NCBI RefSeq assembly: GCF_018350175.1
Contig: NC_058368.1
Location: forward strand, 173,478,001 to 173,542,000
Direction of reading: 5' to 3'
Length of the DNA: 64,000 nt
Origin: Felis catus
Taxonomy: Eukaryota
Under the pieces are notes generated by a model. It did not search any database and was not told where the DNA came from. It saw nothing but the letters and a program-made list of their open reading frames with translations. This document shows, piece by piece, positions 1 to 13,057 of the stretch. The position numbers were made by a program, and so were the translations under genes. Within the stretch, counting starts at the first letter, position 1; each line of letters opens with the position of its first letter.

Positions 1-757
1 GCCAGACATGGTGCAGTGGACCACGGCACGATGTGAGCAGGGACAGAGAGGCCCGCAAGGCACAGGGGGATCTGCCCTTCCTTCTGTGAGATGGAAAGTC
101 AGGAGCAAGAGAAAGTGAAGCAAAGAAGACTGGTTTGATTTACTTCTTTTAAAGAGTATGTCTTGATGACAGGAGACAATCCGCAGTGAAGCACGGGGTC
201 CCCAGCCCCCTTGGATGGCTCCTGATGCAGTGTCCACGGCAGGCTCATGGCCTCACTGGCCCGGCCTGCAGCCTCGAAGCCCACTCCATGGGATTTACCG
301 CCACAGAGATGCTATTTGTGCACACCACCCAGCAAATAGTACCGGAACTTAATTTGCTGCGAACCAAATGTTTCAACAATACGTCCTGGATTCTTTTCTC
401 TGTTATCACTTTCCCTCCAAATAATATTGCCTGTGTCCCTTTACCATTTCTATGTCCTTCTTTCCCTCCCTGATTTGCCTTTCCTTGTTTTCTCCCCATT
501 TTCTCCTGTTTCCCCCTCCCCCCCTTAAACATCTGTGTTTTCTCTCCAGGGATCGCATGAACCCTTCTGCGTATGCTGTGTGCCACGCACATACTTGTGT
601 AATATCTACGACAATTATCACAGGACTCTTGTTTGCAAGCTGCAGAAATCGAAACCACACTGTCCTGGAATGGAATGGCTGATACAACTAGAAAGTCCAT
701 GGGTAGCGTGCTTCAGGCATAGCTGGATCCAGGGGAACAAACCATGTTTCGAGACTC

Positions 758-1157
758 TGTTATGGACTTAATGTTTGTGTCCCCGGCTGCTGCCAAATTC
801 ACATACTAAAGCCCTAGCCCCTAGCATGACTATATTTGAAGATAGGGCCTTTACATTGGTAATCAAGGTAAAATGAGGTCATTAAAGATGGGGTCTTGAT
901 CCCACAGGATTGGTGTCCTTTATAAGATGAGACACAAGATTACTGGCACTTGTGAAGGTTCTCTCTCTTTCTCTCTCCCTGCCCTGCAAGAATACACGGA
1001 GGAAGGAGCCATCCGTAAGCCAAGAGGAGAGGCCTCAGAATGAAACCGACCTTGACTTTGGACTTCACAGCCTCCAGAACTGTGAGATATAGGTGTCTGT
1101 TGTTTAAGCCACTCAGTCTGTGGCGTTTTGTTATGGCAGCCTGAGCTGACTGGGACA
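758..1157 (+). mobile_element. ERVL-MaLR solo LTR (MLT1A/B-like)
   Basis: TG...CA termini, MLT1-type start TGTTATGGACT..., 5-bp TSD GACTC at 753-757 and 1158-1162. Confidence 0.85.
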
Positions 1158-3291
1158 GACTCCATTTCTTTCATCTCTCCTCTGCTTTCCTGAGTTGGAG
1201 TCATTCTCAGACAAACCCCCCTTTTCACGGAGGCCCCCTCAGCAGCTCCAAGCAACGTACTTACTGCTCACCACCATGGGGAGACGGCGAGAGCCAGCTT
1301 CTTTTTGTCAATAGTTTCAACAAATAGACAGAATATAGTTTTGGCAGTCAGGTCTGGATCACGTCCCCACACCTGAAGCCAGAGACCAGGGTCAGCCCAG
1401 GGGGCAAGAGGAGGCTCAGGTACCCTGTTTGCAGTGAGGACTTGAAGGCTCAGAGAGCATAGGGCCTTGCCTGTGATCCCCAGGCTCATCCTTGCCCCAT
1501 GACTGCTGATTCCTCACCTTGAGCCCACACAAGGACACGTCTCTCTGTCTCACAGCCTCCTCCAAGCTTCTCCTGGGACCAGCAGGTCCGGCCCACCTCC
1601 TTCCTCACTCTTCATGACTGGCTCCTCTTAGCGTCATTCACCACAAAGGGGCTCCCTGGGCACCGGAAGATGGGTGGTTCTGCTCACCACTCACTCAACC
1701 CTCTTCATTCCCCTGGAATCCGTGTGCAGCCAGATGGATGGGTCCCAAGGAAGGAGAGTGGGGAAGCCACATCTAGATCCATGCCAGCGTCCATCTGCAT
1801 GGCCCAGGGAGAGGGGAAGAGCCTTCTCCATGACCCATGTGGGAGTCCCCAGTCACTGTCCCGAGTTAAGCTGTGGGTTGTATGACTATTCAGGCCACTA
1901 ACCCAACTGTGCTAAAACCACAACCATATGTTCCTACTCTCTGTATTCTTTATTTCAAACCCCACTTTCTGCCCAGCAGCAGAATGTAAGACTTGGTCAG
2001 TTTGATGATTAGGGTTTCAACTCTGTTGATTTGGAGTTCCCCTTCCCCCATCCCTTTGTCCCTGGATTCCAGTGAATGTGGATAGTGTCACCACATGGGG
2101 GGGGGGGCATGGCAGATGGGTCATATAGGTCAATGTCTTCCCTGCTGGCATCCCCAACATATGTCTTGGCTGTCATCTCCCTTGAGCATTGGCAGGAATG
2201 AGGTGTCTGTGCCCCCATCTGGTCCCTGCTTGTAAATTTGGGTGGTGGCCTCCCCTTGTCACAACTCAGAGGCCCAGTTGCCCCCCTAGTGCTCTGGGGC
2301 TGGGAAGCTCCCCGGGATGTGTCGGGCTCTTGCTGCAAACCACTTGTCCTTGTCACCACACCTTGTCAGGGTACAGGATACCGGAGGACCTCACCCAACC
2401 AAGAAACAAGGCTCAGGTGCCCCCGGCTGCTGAGCCTCAACTGCTCTGGGGTCTCCTCCTCCTCAGCCCTGCCAATGGTAGGATAAAGAGGGCATTGCAG
2501 GCATCACTAGCCCACCCTGGAAGACTTCACAGTATCACCCACCCCAGACTGGGTGGGGTCAAGCCACAACCCTAGGAGAGATGAGGCCATTTCTGGTAAC
2601 ACCGTGTGCTAAGAGCTACACATGAGGGTGGGGGTGGGGTGGCTGCAGAGGTGGGTCCCTCCCTCTGGAGCAGGTCCATCAAGGAATCAAGATGCCCAGT
2701 GAGGAGCTCTTGGAGGAGGTCAGAAAAACTGCCCTGCCTGCCGTGCAGAGGCCAAGTGGGTCTGGAAATCGAAAGCACCAGCCAGCAGTTGGTGAATGAG
2801 GGATTGAAATCAGGGCTGGGGGAGTCCGTTGGGCTGGATTAGGCCTGCACATCTTGGGTTCTTGTGTTCGTATTTTGTGAGACCCCAGCAGTAACAAAGC
2901 TGTGCTCAAGGGACCCTAGGGAAAGGTTATTTACATGGGAGCCAGGACATGAAAAGAGGTGGGTGGCTGGAATCAGAGAGAGAGAGACCTCCAGGAGGAG
3001 GGTGAAATTCAGGACATAATGACCCAGATTTAATTAATGGAAGCAAGAGTCCCCTTGCGGGGGCTACCAACTCAGAGGAAATTGGGCTCATCTGCCTGGT
3101 CACATCAGGGAGTGCCACCTGGCCCCAGAAGATTCCTGGGCTCCAAGCCCCTCAAAAGTACAGATGGCATCAGCCAAGTATCTTTCAGTTCCAAGAGGCC
3201 AAAGTCCCACTGTGACCCTCAACCGCAAGGGGAAATATGCTGACTTACAACTAAAAGTCAAGAGATGGCTGAGCTGGTCACTGAGAGCCTC

Positions 3292-3780
3292 TGTGGTTAA
3301 TTTTACTTTCAACCTGACTGGACCACAGGGCCCAGACATTTGGGCGAACATTATTCTGGGGGTTCTGTGGGGGTGATTCTGAATGAGATTAACATTTGAA
3401 TTGGTACACCCATAAAGTAAATTACCCTCCCCAATGCAGGTGGGCTTTGTCCAATCAGTTGAAGGCCTGAATAGAAGAAAAAGGCTGAGCTCCCCCAAGT
3501 AAAAGAGAAGTCCTCCTGCCTGACTGCTTTTGAACTGGGACATTGGCCTTTTCCTATCTACAGACTTGAGCTGAAAAATTGCCTCCTCCTGGATCCTGCT
3601 GGCCTTTGGACCAGAACTACACCATGGGCTCTCCTAGGTCTCCAGCTTGCTCACTCAGAGCAAGATCTGGGGACTTGTCAGCTTCCATAATCACATGAGC
3701 CAATTCCTTATAATAAATCTCTCTCTCGATATATATGCATCCTATCGGTTCTGTTTCTCTGGAGAACCCTGATTAATACA
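3292..3780 (+). mobile_element. ERVL solo LTR (MLT2B-like)
   Basis: Ends in GGTTCTGTTTCTCTGGAGAACCCTGATTAATACA; 5-bp TSD GCCTC at 3287-3291 and 3781-3785. Confidence 0.85.
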
Positions 3781-3989
3781 GCCTCCCCGGGGTCTTGAGG
3801 AAAGGAAGCTCCAAGCTTAGGCCAAGAAGTGGCCTGACACTGCCTCCCAGGGCCAGGGTCTGACTGAGACGAAGCCAACCTAGCAGAGAGCAGAGCTGAG
3901 AATGAGAGAGCTGGATAAGGTCTCGAGGATCTTGGAGCCCAGAGGTGCACCAAGCTCATGCCACCACCTTCCGAAGTTGCCTCAAAAAG

Positions 3990-4655
3990 CAACTCCTCCC
4001 ACTAGGATGGCTAGGATAAAAAAGTCAGACAACAGCAAGTGTTGGGAGACATGTGGAGAAATTAGAACCCTCATATGTCACTGGTGGGAATGTCACGTGG
4101 AAAAACAGTTTGGAACTTTCTCATACGCAGAGTCACCACAGGGCCAGGAGTTCCGCTTCTAGGTATATACCCAAGAGAAATGATTTCCTCACTGAAAGGT
4201 ATACACCAACATTAATAGCATTATTCATAATAGTAAAAAATTAAAAAAAAAAACTGGAAACAACCCAAGTGTCCATCAACCAGACCACAGTAGATGAACA
4301 AAATGTGGCCTATCCGTACGACGGAATATCATTCAGCCCTAAAAGGAATGAAGCTCTGATCCATGCTACAACACAGATGAGCCTTGAAAACGTTATGCAA
4401 AGTGAATCAAGCCAGAACCAAAAAGACATGTAGTGTATGGTTCCATCCATATGAAATGTCCATAGAGTAGTGGTTGCTGATGGGACACGGGGATGATAGC
4501 TAACAGGGTTCTTGTGGAGGTGATGAAACTGTTCGAAACTGACTCTGATGGTGGTTGCACGTATCTGTGAATATACTAAAAACCAGCGAATGGTACGCTT
4601 TAAGTGGGCGAAGTGTGTGGTATGTGAATCATATCTCAATAAAACTTTTTTTAAA
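3990..4655 (+). mobile_element. Ancient L1 (L1M-type) 3' fragment
   Basis: Typical L1M 3' motifs (CAACCCAAGTGTCCATCA, GGAATATCATTCAGCC, CTCAATAAAA). Confidence 0.75.
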
Positions 4656-7600
4656 GAGCCATTTGACTCCTCAGAGAGCTCTGGAACCTGAGTCCTTCCG
4701 CCAGGGTAGAGATCCTAGTCCCCACCAGGCCACCGTCCCCAGCCCCCTAAGCATCCCTCCCACATCCCTAAGGGCGGGGCCCCAGATGCTGTCACACGGA
4801 TCCTCAGCCCATACCCACCGGCCCAAGTCTCTTATGCTCAGCTGGACCCTCAGGTCTCTGTGCTACCATCAGGGAGCCAAGGTAGACCCCTCCATGTCGG
4901 TGCTCTCCATCCCCTGCTCTGTGTTGATACCATCCACAGACTCAGACTTTGCCTTAGCCACCCTCCTTGGCCCTGCGGGCCAGCTACCCTGCCAGCCGCA
5001 CGGTGCCCTCTGATTTCTGCCCTTACCTCCAGCCCTTGCCTGTGGCCCCAGCATCCTGTCCAGTATCATGCCTGTTGGTCTTTTGCCTCCCTCACCTTGT
5101 GGGGTCAGTCTTAGTGCTCTGGGGTCGGGTCTCCTCCCTTCTACTCTGATGTCCTGTCCACCTTGGCCATTACTACTCCCTTCTCTGCCATCCACTTCCT
5201 GCCCACGACATGGGCAGGAACCAGAGCGTGAAGCTCTGTGTGATTTCACTCACAGTCACCTGGGAAGTGACTGCCGCAGTGGGGCTGCTGGAGACAGGTG
5301 GTGGAGCCCCACAGCAGAGACATTTGGGACAGCAATTGGCAGCATCTCCTCCACCTGTAAATGCACACCCCTCCCCCTCCAGGAAGTTCAATGCTCACCT
5401 GCCCTCCAGAAACTGGCCCAGCTGCCTGGGAAGGAGGCAGGGATCCTGGCAAGGTTTGTAATTGTGAAAAGCTGGAAGCCACCGAGTGTTCGTCAAGGGA
5501 AGACTGGGTGGCTAAAACACGGGCTAGTCATGGAAGGGAAATCCACATCCAGTTCCAGGAAGGATCAAGAGCCACGTGGATCTATGCACACAGAGATTGA
5601 AAACATACTGAGTGCAAAAAAAAAAAACAAAAAACAAAAAACAAAAAAACAACCAAGAAGCTGGTAATACAGTATGATTTCTGTTTTAAAAAGAGGGGGA
5701 ATCCACAAAAGAGTGCTACCTCTTTTAAGGTATCTTTATGTATTTGTAAAATTAAGAGGAAAAAAAAATCATAGTAGTTACCTCTGGGGAAGGGGGAGAA
5801 GGGGTGGGGTTGGGGCTGGTGGTCACAGGGGGCTTTATCTGGAATGTCCTAATTTTTTTCAAAAGGAGAATGGATCCTTGTATGACATGTGTAATTTATC
5901 ATAACTGAAGAAGGACGAAGAATTCCAACAGCTTGGCCACATGCCCCTTGTGCCAGCCTTGCTCCTGGCTCCCTGCCCACTCCCCTCCCCCCACTCTCCC
6001 CATCTTGTCCCCTCCCGCCCCTCAGGCCTTCCTCCAGTCCCACCCCCTTCTCTCTCTGGACCCAGAGCTGGAGGCTGTTAGATCTTCCATTTAAAACTCC
6101 TCATCCGCGCCCGCACTGGGGAGTTTCTTATTCCCTTTCAGATGTAACTGTCTGTCACCAATAATAGTCTTTTTCGATTTCATTTCCTTCAGCTCCTGCC
6201 AGCCACTCCGAGAGCCTCCTTCCCATCCCAGCTGCCCCCCCAGCCCCAAGTCAGGGGAAAAAAATACATTTTTGCCTTTACTATGATGTATGCGATCCCA
6301 TAAAATAGTGAAACAGATATGAAAGGTTGAGAGAAGGTAGATAAATGGCTCCTATTATTCTACCAATCAAATGAAATACCTCTCCACGTCCTCATTTGAA
6401 TGATAATAAAACTCGGAGAGGCTGCTGGTTCGCTGTTGTCATCGCTGGCAGCCGCTGGAGCTGAGGAGCCACAGGCCAAGGTAACCTTGGGGTGTCCTCT
6501 GCAGCCTGCTGGGGCCTGCAGCCCCGTCTCCTCACCTCTCCCCCAACCCAGGGCTCCTCTTACTCACACCCGCATCCCCTTTTTCCTGCCCCACTGCCAG
6601 CTCAGCTCACCCACTGGACTGCTATGCACCTGTCTGCCCAGCCCCCAGCTCTCTCGGAGGTCCACAGGGCAAAGCCAGGGCCCCAGAATAAGAAACCAGG
6701 GTACCCGCCAGGAACGCCCTCCCTTTCTGCCTTCTCAGTCCTCGGAAAGCCCCCGACCTCCTGTCTAGGCTGACCACTCATGCCGGGCATTCCCACGGCA
6801 CCAGCCACACACCTCAATGAAGGGGCTGTAACCTGTGTCTTGTTCTGTCTCTAGTCCAGGGCATGTCTGTCTCCACTGCTTGGCTCTGAATTCCAGAAGG
6901 CAGGGGCCATATGGGACTGGCTTGGCAGTAGCCTCACAGCCTAAGCACGTGTGCAGAGTTTTCATTCACTCCGTCGGCATTTACTAAAAGTGCAGAGAGC
7001 CCCTCCTAGGTTCAGGTACCTCACCAGCAAAGGAACTGGTGAGAAGCCCTTCCTGAGGGCACCCTCTCCACAGGCGTGGGGTGCAGTCAAGCCCCCACCC
7101 CTTTTGAGCTCTGTGATACCAAAGCCTCGAAGTGCCCATAGTTCAGTTTCTAGTGCATTCGCAGAGCCTCCCATGCATCCTGGCCTGACACCCGGGGGAT
7201 ACCTGTGGCTTTTGCCTTCCCTGCATTTCCCCCACTTTGTGGGGGGCAGCACCAGAGGACTCACCACTTCCTCCCCACAGGCAGTCCTGCCCGGCTGCAC
7301 AATCACGGCACCGTGTACCCTGGTGTGTACTAACATAGGCCAGTGAGGCCGGGCAGACCCCTCTCTGTGACTGGGACTCTTCAGCAGAATTTTTCACCCT
7401 GATGGCCACACCCTAAAGAGACTTTACATTCTCATGACTTAAATTCCCAGCACAGCCCTGATTTCTGCCCCCGCTTCGAATGAATTCTACTTGCTTAAGG
7501 ATAGCCAGGTCAGCTGCTGGCCCGAGGACGGCCAAGGTGCGGACAATGCCCCGAACTGGCTTGCAGGGCATCAGGACTTGCTCTGTCATCTGGCCCGGCT

Positions 7601-9023
7601 GTGATATCTCACTGTCTGCCCCTGACTCCATTAGAGCAGAGGCCCCGCTCAGTAGTCCCCTCCTTCTGTCTCCCCAGCGCCAGTGACAGCTCCTGCCCAC
7701 AGGAGGCATTTGATGACAATGAATGAAACAGGGGTAAAGGTACCCATGTTAGAGATGAGGCAGATGAGCCCTAGAGGGCAAGAAACAAGTCGGGACCCAA
7801 ATCCAGGCCTTCTCTCCCCTTGCCTGGGACCCCTTCCTCTGCCCCAGTGGCTCCCATATACCAGACTCTCCCTCCTTTGGGTTTCCTCAAGTCAAGGAAC
7901 ATCCAGAGGAAGAGCCTCCCAAGAGATAAGCCAGAACTGAGGCTTCAAGTCCATGAAGGTGGACACTACCAAGTACGGTGTGGAGGGTTAGCTGACTGCA
8001 AGCGACAGGAAGTTCCCAGAATGCACTGGAGGGTCGTCTGACAACTCACAGAATTAACAGCAGGCAGAACACACAGGCCTGGGAAGGGCCAGGAGCGAGG
8101 GCTGCTGGGAGCCTGCTCCAGCTCCTTTTCGGTCCTTGTGTCAGGCCTCAAAACCCTGGGACAGAGAAAGGCATGTGATCCTCCTCTGGCCGGGGTGAGG
8201 AGGAATGGAGCCTCTATGAGGCTGCACATGATGGGGAGTCTGCAGACAGAAATCAGCACTATCACCTCCTCAAGGGGAGTGGACTCAGAGCAGCTGAAGC
8301 CCCACAAGCTGACAAGAGAGGTCACCCAGACTGTCACTCCTGGTTGCAGCCTAGCTCAGCCTCCCAAGGGCTGCTTTGGGCCTGGCCCCATTGCACAGGC
8401 TTCCAGCAGGGTTAAGAGTGCAGGCTCACAAAGCCGAGTGTTCCTTAGAGGAACTGAAACTGAACATTTGGCAGCTGGGGAACTAAAGGCCATGAAAAGA
8501 CAGTGACAGAGCCAAGGACCTTCCTACCACAGCATGGGGCTGACCCTGACTAGGGACGGAACACTCAGGCCTCCACCAGGGAAGAAGCAGTGTGGCTGAG
8601 GCAGGAACTATGAGCCATGTGACCCTCAGTAGGGCCACTGCGGATCTGAGTCCCCACCACCTCATATATGAGATGAGGCTGCTTCTCAGGACTGTTGTAA
8701 GGATTAAACAAACATGAAATTGATTTGCTTATATGAAAATACTTGGAATGGAAATGAAAACATACATCCGCTCAAAGATTTGTACATGAAAGTCTGTAGA
8801 AGCCTTATTCACAATTGTAAAATACTGGACACCATCCAAATGTTCCATCAATTGGTGAGTGAAGAAAGAAACTGGTGCCTCTACATGATGAAATACTACT
8901 CAGCACTAAAAGAAACAAACCACTGATACTCCCCAAAACGTGGATGAATCTCAAAAGCATAATGCTAAGTGGCAAAGCCAAACTCAAAAGGCTGTGTATG
9001 GAAACTCACAGGCTGTGTATGGA

Positions 9024-9906
9024 AAGGCTGATTCTCGTTATTCATGGCAGTTATGTTCTATAAACTTGCTAGAGACACTGAATTTGCGAATACTGAACCA
9101 TTGCTCTAAGGGGAATCCAGGATTAGGATCCTGCAAGCAAGTTTCTGGTCACCTTTTCAGCAACCAATCAATACATAACTGTGTTGTATGTGTGTTTCTG
9201 TATAAAGACACTTTAGGGGCGCCTGGGTGGCTCAGTCGGTTAAGCCGCCGACTTCGGCTCAGGTCATGATCTCACGGTCCGTGAGTTCGAGCCCCGCGTC
9301 AGGCTCTGTGCTGACAGCTCAGAGCCTGGAGCCTGTTTCAGATTCTGTGTTTCCCTCTCTCTGACCCTCCCCCGTTCATGCTCTGTCTCTCTCTGTCTCA
9401 AAAATAAATAAACGTTAAAAAAAAAAAAAGAAAGATACTTTATTTAATATATATAGTTGATTCATTAATGTTGAACTCGTGGCCAACAACGCTAAAACTC
9501 AGGTATGAATAAAGCTTATCTAACATACGTAGTTTCTCCACAAGGCACATCACAGCCTTCTTGGAGCTTAGGAACACTCAATGGCCCTTCAGCCCTACAC
9601 TCGGGGGCCATTTTAAACAGCAAAACCACCAACAAAGAGCACAGAAATGCGAAAAACATGATATTAAATAAACTTCACAAAGGACACTTACTTACAGCAG
9701 GAGAGCTAAAAGAAGAAAGCAGAGTGTCACCTTGTTTAACCTTATCTGGGAACTTGTGCATCGAGTGAATTACATTGTTCCCCACTCTGCACGTGTCCAT
9801 GCATGACCATGAAATCACCACAAGTATTGATTTGGGGTTTACAAATAAATTTTAGTGAGTAAACGAGTTCACAAATACGGAATCTGTGAATACTGAAGAT
9901 TGATTG
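9024..9906 (+). mobile_element. MER82-like TcMar-Tigger DNA transposon (contains a Can-SINE)
   Basis: Degenerate TIRs GATTCTCGTTATTC...GAATACTGAAGATTGATTG followed by TA; internal sequence matches my recollection of MER82. Confidence 0.75.
9216..9430 (+). mobile_element. Can-SINE (felid SINEC type), young, CpG-retaining
   Basis: GGGGCGCCTGGGTGGCTCAG head, CT tract, poly(A); TSD AAAGA(C/T)ACTTTA at 9204 and 9431. Confidence 0.92.
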
Positions 9907-11956
9907 TATGTGAAACTCTAGAGGAAAAATTCTAACTCACGGTGACAGAAGGCAAATCAGCAGTGGTTGTCTGGTAGGGAGAGGAGCAGAGACTGACGAG
10001 GAAGGAACACAAGGCAACTTCTGGGTGATGGAAACATTCTCTATCATGATTGTGGTGGGGGTTACATAGGGGAATAAATCTGTAAAACGCACCGAAATAT
10101 ACACTTAAAATGGGTACATTTTATTGTTTGCGAATTATGCCTCGATAAGTTGACTTTACAAAAACGACTTAGCATGATGTCTGATCATTCTGCCATTCCT
10201 TTTGGGATCTCCGGGCCAGCCTCCTTGGAAGGGTCAACCTACAATGAAGGAAGAGGCAGGGAGTGCCAACTTGGGCTCCATTTCGAAGCTGTTTGTGTCT
10301 CCCCCTCCCCATGAGATGGTATGTATGACCCAGACCATTGGCTTCTCCCAACCAGACTTTTTCATTCTCTCAGTTGTCGATCAGAACTCTTTTAGCTTTA
10401 GATGTCAGAAACCCAATTTGAACCAGCTTAGACAAAAAAGTGGGGAGAGAGTATTTATTTGCTTCTGTTATTGGAAAGAAAGCTCTGCATCAGACGTAGC
10501 TAGGTCTAGAGCTCTGGTGTGGTCACCAGGCCAAGGTTGGTCACCCTCTCCTGAGTCTCTTTCCCTGTGTCAGCTTCACTCTGGAACCAGGGGAAGGAAG
10601 GAGGTCCCCAGCAGCTCCAGAACTCCAAGGAGAGGGAACTTCTCTGTCTCAGCCAAGACTCGAGAGCAGGCATCCTTTGCCCACTTCACTGCCAAGGGGA
10701 TAGAACATACTGACTGGTCAGACCTGGGTCCTGTTCTCACTTCCCATGAAGAACATAGACCAAGGGTGGAGGAGGATTCTTCCCAACCAGAATATGGGGG
10801 AAGAGATGGGGACAAGGCAGAAGCAGCAGATGCCCAACACCCAGTTTGCTTTGAGCCAGAGCTACTTTTCCTGAGCTGACTTCATAGATACACCAAGAAC
10901 CCAGACATGGCAGGGAATAGATGGAAAGTCGGAATTCAACTCAATATTCTAGAACCCCATGGAAAAAAAGGCAGGATATTTTGACTTTAGTTGTCCCAGG
11001 ACAAAGAGCAGAAAGAGTTCCTGGGTTCCACACCTCTCATCCCTGCAACTTCCTCTGACTAGAAGTAATTGACTGGCTTTGTTGCCCCAGCTCCCTGCTC
11101 CTCATGCAGAAACCAGGTGCCATTTGCTTCTTTTGCCACAGAGATTCCAGTGACCTAAGCATCTTGTCCCTGTTTTGAAACCAATACCAATTATTTTGAA
11201 AACTAAGTCCTTTCCTGGCATGCCAAGAGCTCTGTCATTCAGTTCTGGCCTTAGGGAAATATTGTGTTACTATCTTTTTGGAGGACATGATCATGGAATC
11301 TCCTGAGCATCAATGAATTTTCTTGGACTCTTGCTAATAGAGGATTCGTTTTGTCCCCTTTTCAAGAAACTTCTTTGAGAACACACTGAATTTTTCTTCA
11401 ATTTAACAAACATTTATTAAGTATCTGCTTCATTGGAAACATGATGAAAGAGGTGGTTCTTGCCCTTGTCTCTTCCCTTCTAATCTGTATACTTATTTAT
11501 TTTCTTGTGTTAGTGCATCATTTAGTGTTTCACTACAATGCTGAATGACAGCACTGATAACATCTTTGTCCTATTCGTGCTACTAATGTTTCAACATTAA
11601 GTATAAAGTTTGTTCCACATGTCCAGTAGATGCCCTTTATTGGGTTAAAGAACTTTTTTTTCCTAGTTGCTAAAAAATTGTGTTTTTTTTAAATCAGACA
11701 TTAACGTTGAAGTTTATCAAATACTTTCTGAATCACATTTTACTAGGATGTATAATCAAAAAGTTTTACTATATTGAGCCCTGATAGACAACAGAAAGGA
11801 ACCTACAGGAGGGGGATAAAGAGGGCCAGGGACAGCCAGGGAAACAAAGGAACATTTGAGTAGATCCTTCATGGATATGAAGAAACTGACCAGCATCAGA
11901 GTGCGGATGGCACTGTGGGTCAAGGAGGACAATCTAAGCAAGAATACGGTGGTGTG

Positions 11957-12111
11957 GGGGCACGTGGGTGTCTCAGTTGGTTAAGCATCTGACTCTTGAT
12001 CTCAGCTCAGGTCTTGATCCCTGGTTCATGAATTCAAGCCCTGCGTTGGGTTCCATGCTGGGCATGGAGCTTACTTAAAATAATAATAATAATAATAGTA
12101 ATAATAATAAT
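11957..12111 (+). mobile_element. Older short Can-SINE with (AAT)n tail
   Basis: tRNA-like head; TSD AATA(C/T)GGTGGTGTG. Confidence 0.75.
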
Positions 12112-12949
12112 AATATGGTGGTGTGAACATGCCTTAAGAGAATGGGGACTAGTCTGGAGTGATCCTTTCATGTGAGATGCCTCTTCTGGTTGGCAAATGC
12201 CTGCCCACTGTGGGTCCAGGACCCACCTTAGCCCTGCAAGAATGGCAGCTTGGGCACTTGACAATGAAGTCAGCACATATGGCAAAAATCAAGAGAACAG
12301 TCAAGATTACCCTTGGAAGTTGCTTAAGTTGTCCATAAAACACATACATGGGTTTTATGTCTAAAACCCTGTAAGAATTCTAGAGTGCTCCTGCTTGCCT
12401 GCCAGGCTAACTCCAACTTGCTTCGGTGTTAAGCTTTATCCTATAACATTAATGTTCATTAATAGATTTGTTCAGTCCTGGGGGACTTTTGAGTTTGAGT
12501 TTCCTCTCAAGTCAGCCAGAAGTTAGAGAATACAGGATGCCACTGTGATGTGCAGGTAGCAGGCCCTGGACACCTTCTCTTAAAACAGCCAAGGAGGTCT
12601 CTGTGTCTCCTCTAAACCAGGCCAAGTTTGGCCTGGACATCTCTGGGAGTTCCCCTTATCCCCCTGAAGTCTGCAGGCACAGTGACCAGGGAGTGGCAAG
12701 ACTCTTCCCAAGCCTGGCTTTCCCAGAACCCTCCAGCCCAGCAGACCCAGGCAGCACTGGTGTATGGCCCACACCACCTCGGGAAAGGGGTCCGACCCAC
12801 CATGACCCCGTAGACCTGGCAGCTCGGCTTCTGGTCTTGACTATGACCCTCCTTGCCTTTATTGCCACCAGTTTCTCAGCTCATCTCCTGCTCATGGGCC
12901 ACACTCCAACCACACTGGTCTCTTCTTTTAAAAAACATTAAAAAAAACA

Positions 12950-13057
12950 TTTTTTTTTTTAATTTGTATGTAATCTCTACTCCCAATATGGGGCTTGAAC
13001 TCATGACCCCAAGATCAAGAGTCACATGCTCTACTAACTGAGCCAGCCACACTGGCC
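12950..13057 (-). mobile_element. Short tRNA-derived SINE
   Basis: Reverse-strand A/B-box head and T-rich tail. Confidence 0.65.

Larger units (their letters stand above)
8750..10165 (+). mobile_element. L1M 3' fragment interrupted by a MER82-like element
   Basis: L1M motifs at 8750-9020 and 9907-10165 on either side of the insertion. Confidence 0.65.

Noticed and set aside
7413..7709. Protein-like minus-strand ORF (QMTEQVLMPCKPVRGIVRTLAVLG...)
   Set aside because: No recognisable homolog, no pyrimidine-rich acceptor and no partner exons; kept only as an enhancer candidate.
9216..9290. tRNA genes suggested by A/B boxes in SINE heads
   Set aside because: They continue into Can-SINE bodies with poly(A) tails and TSDs.
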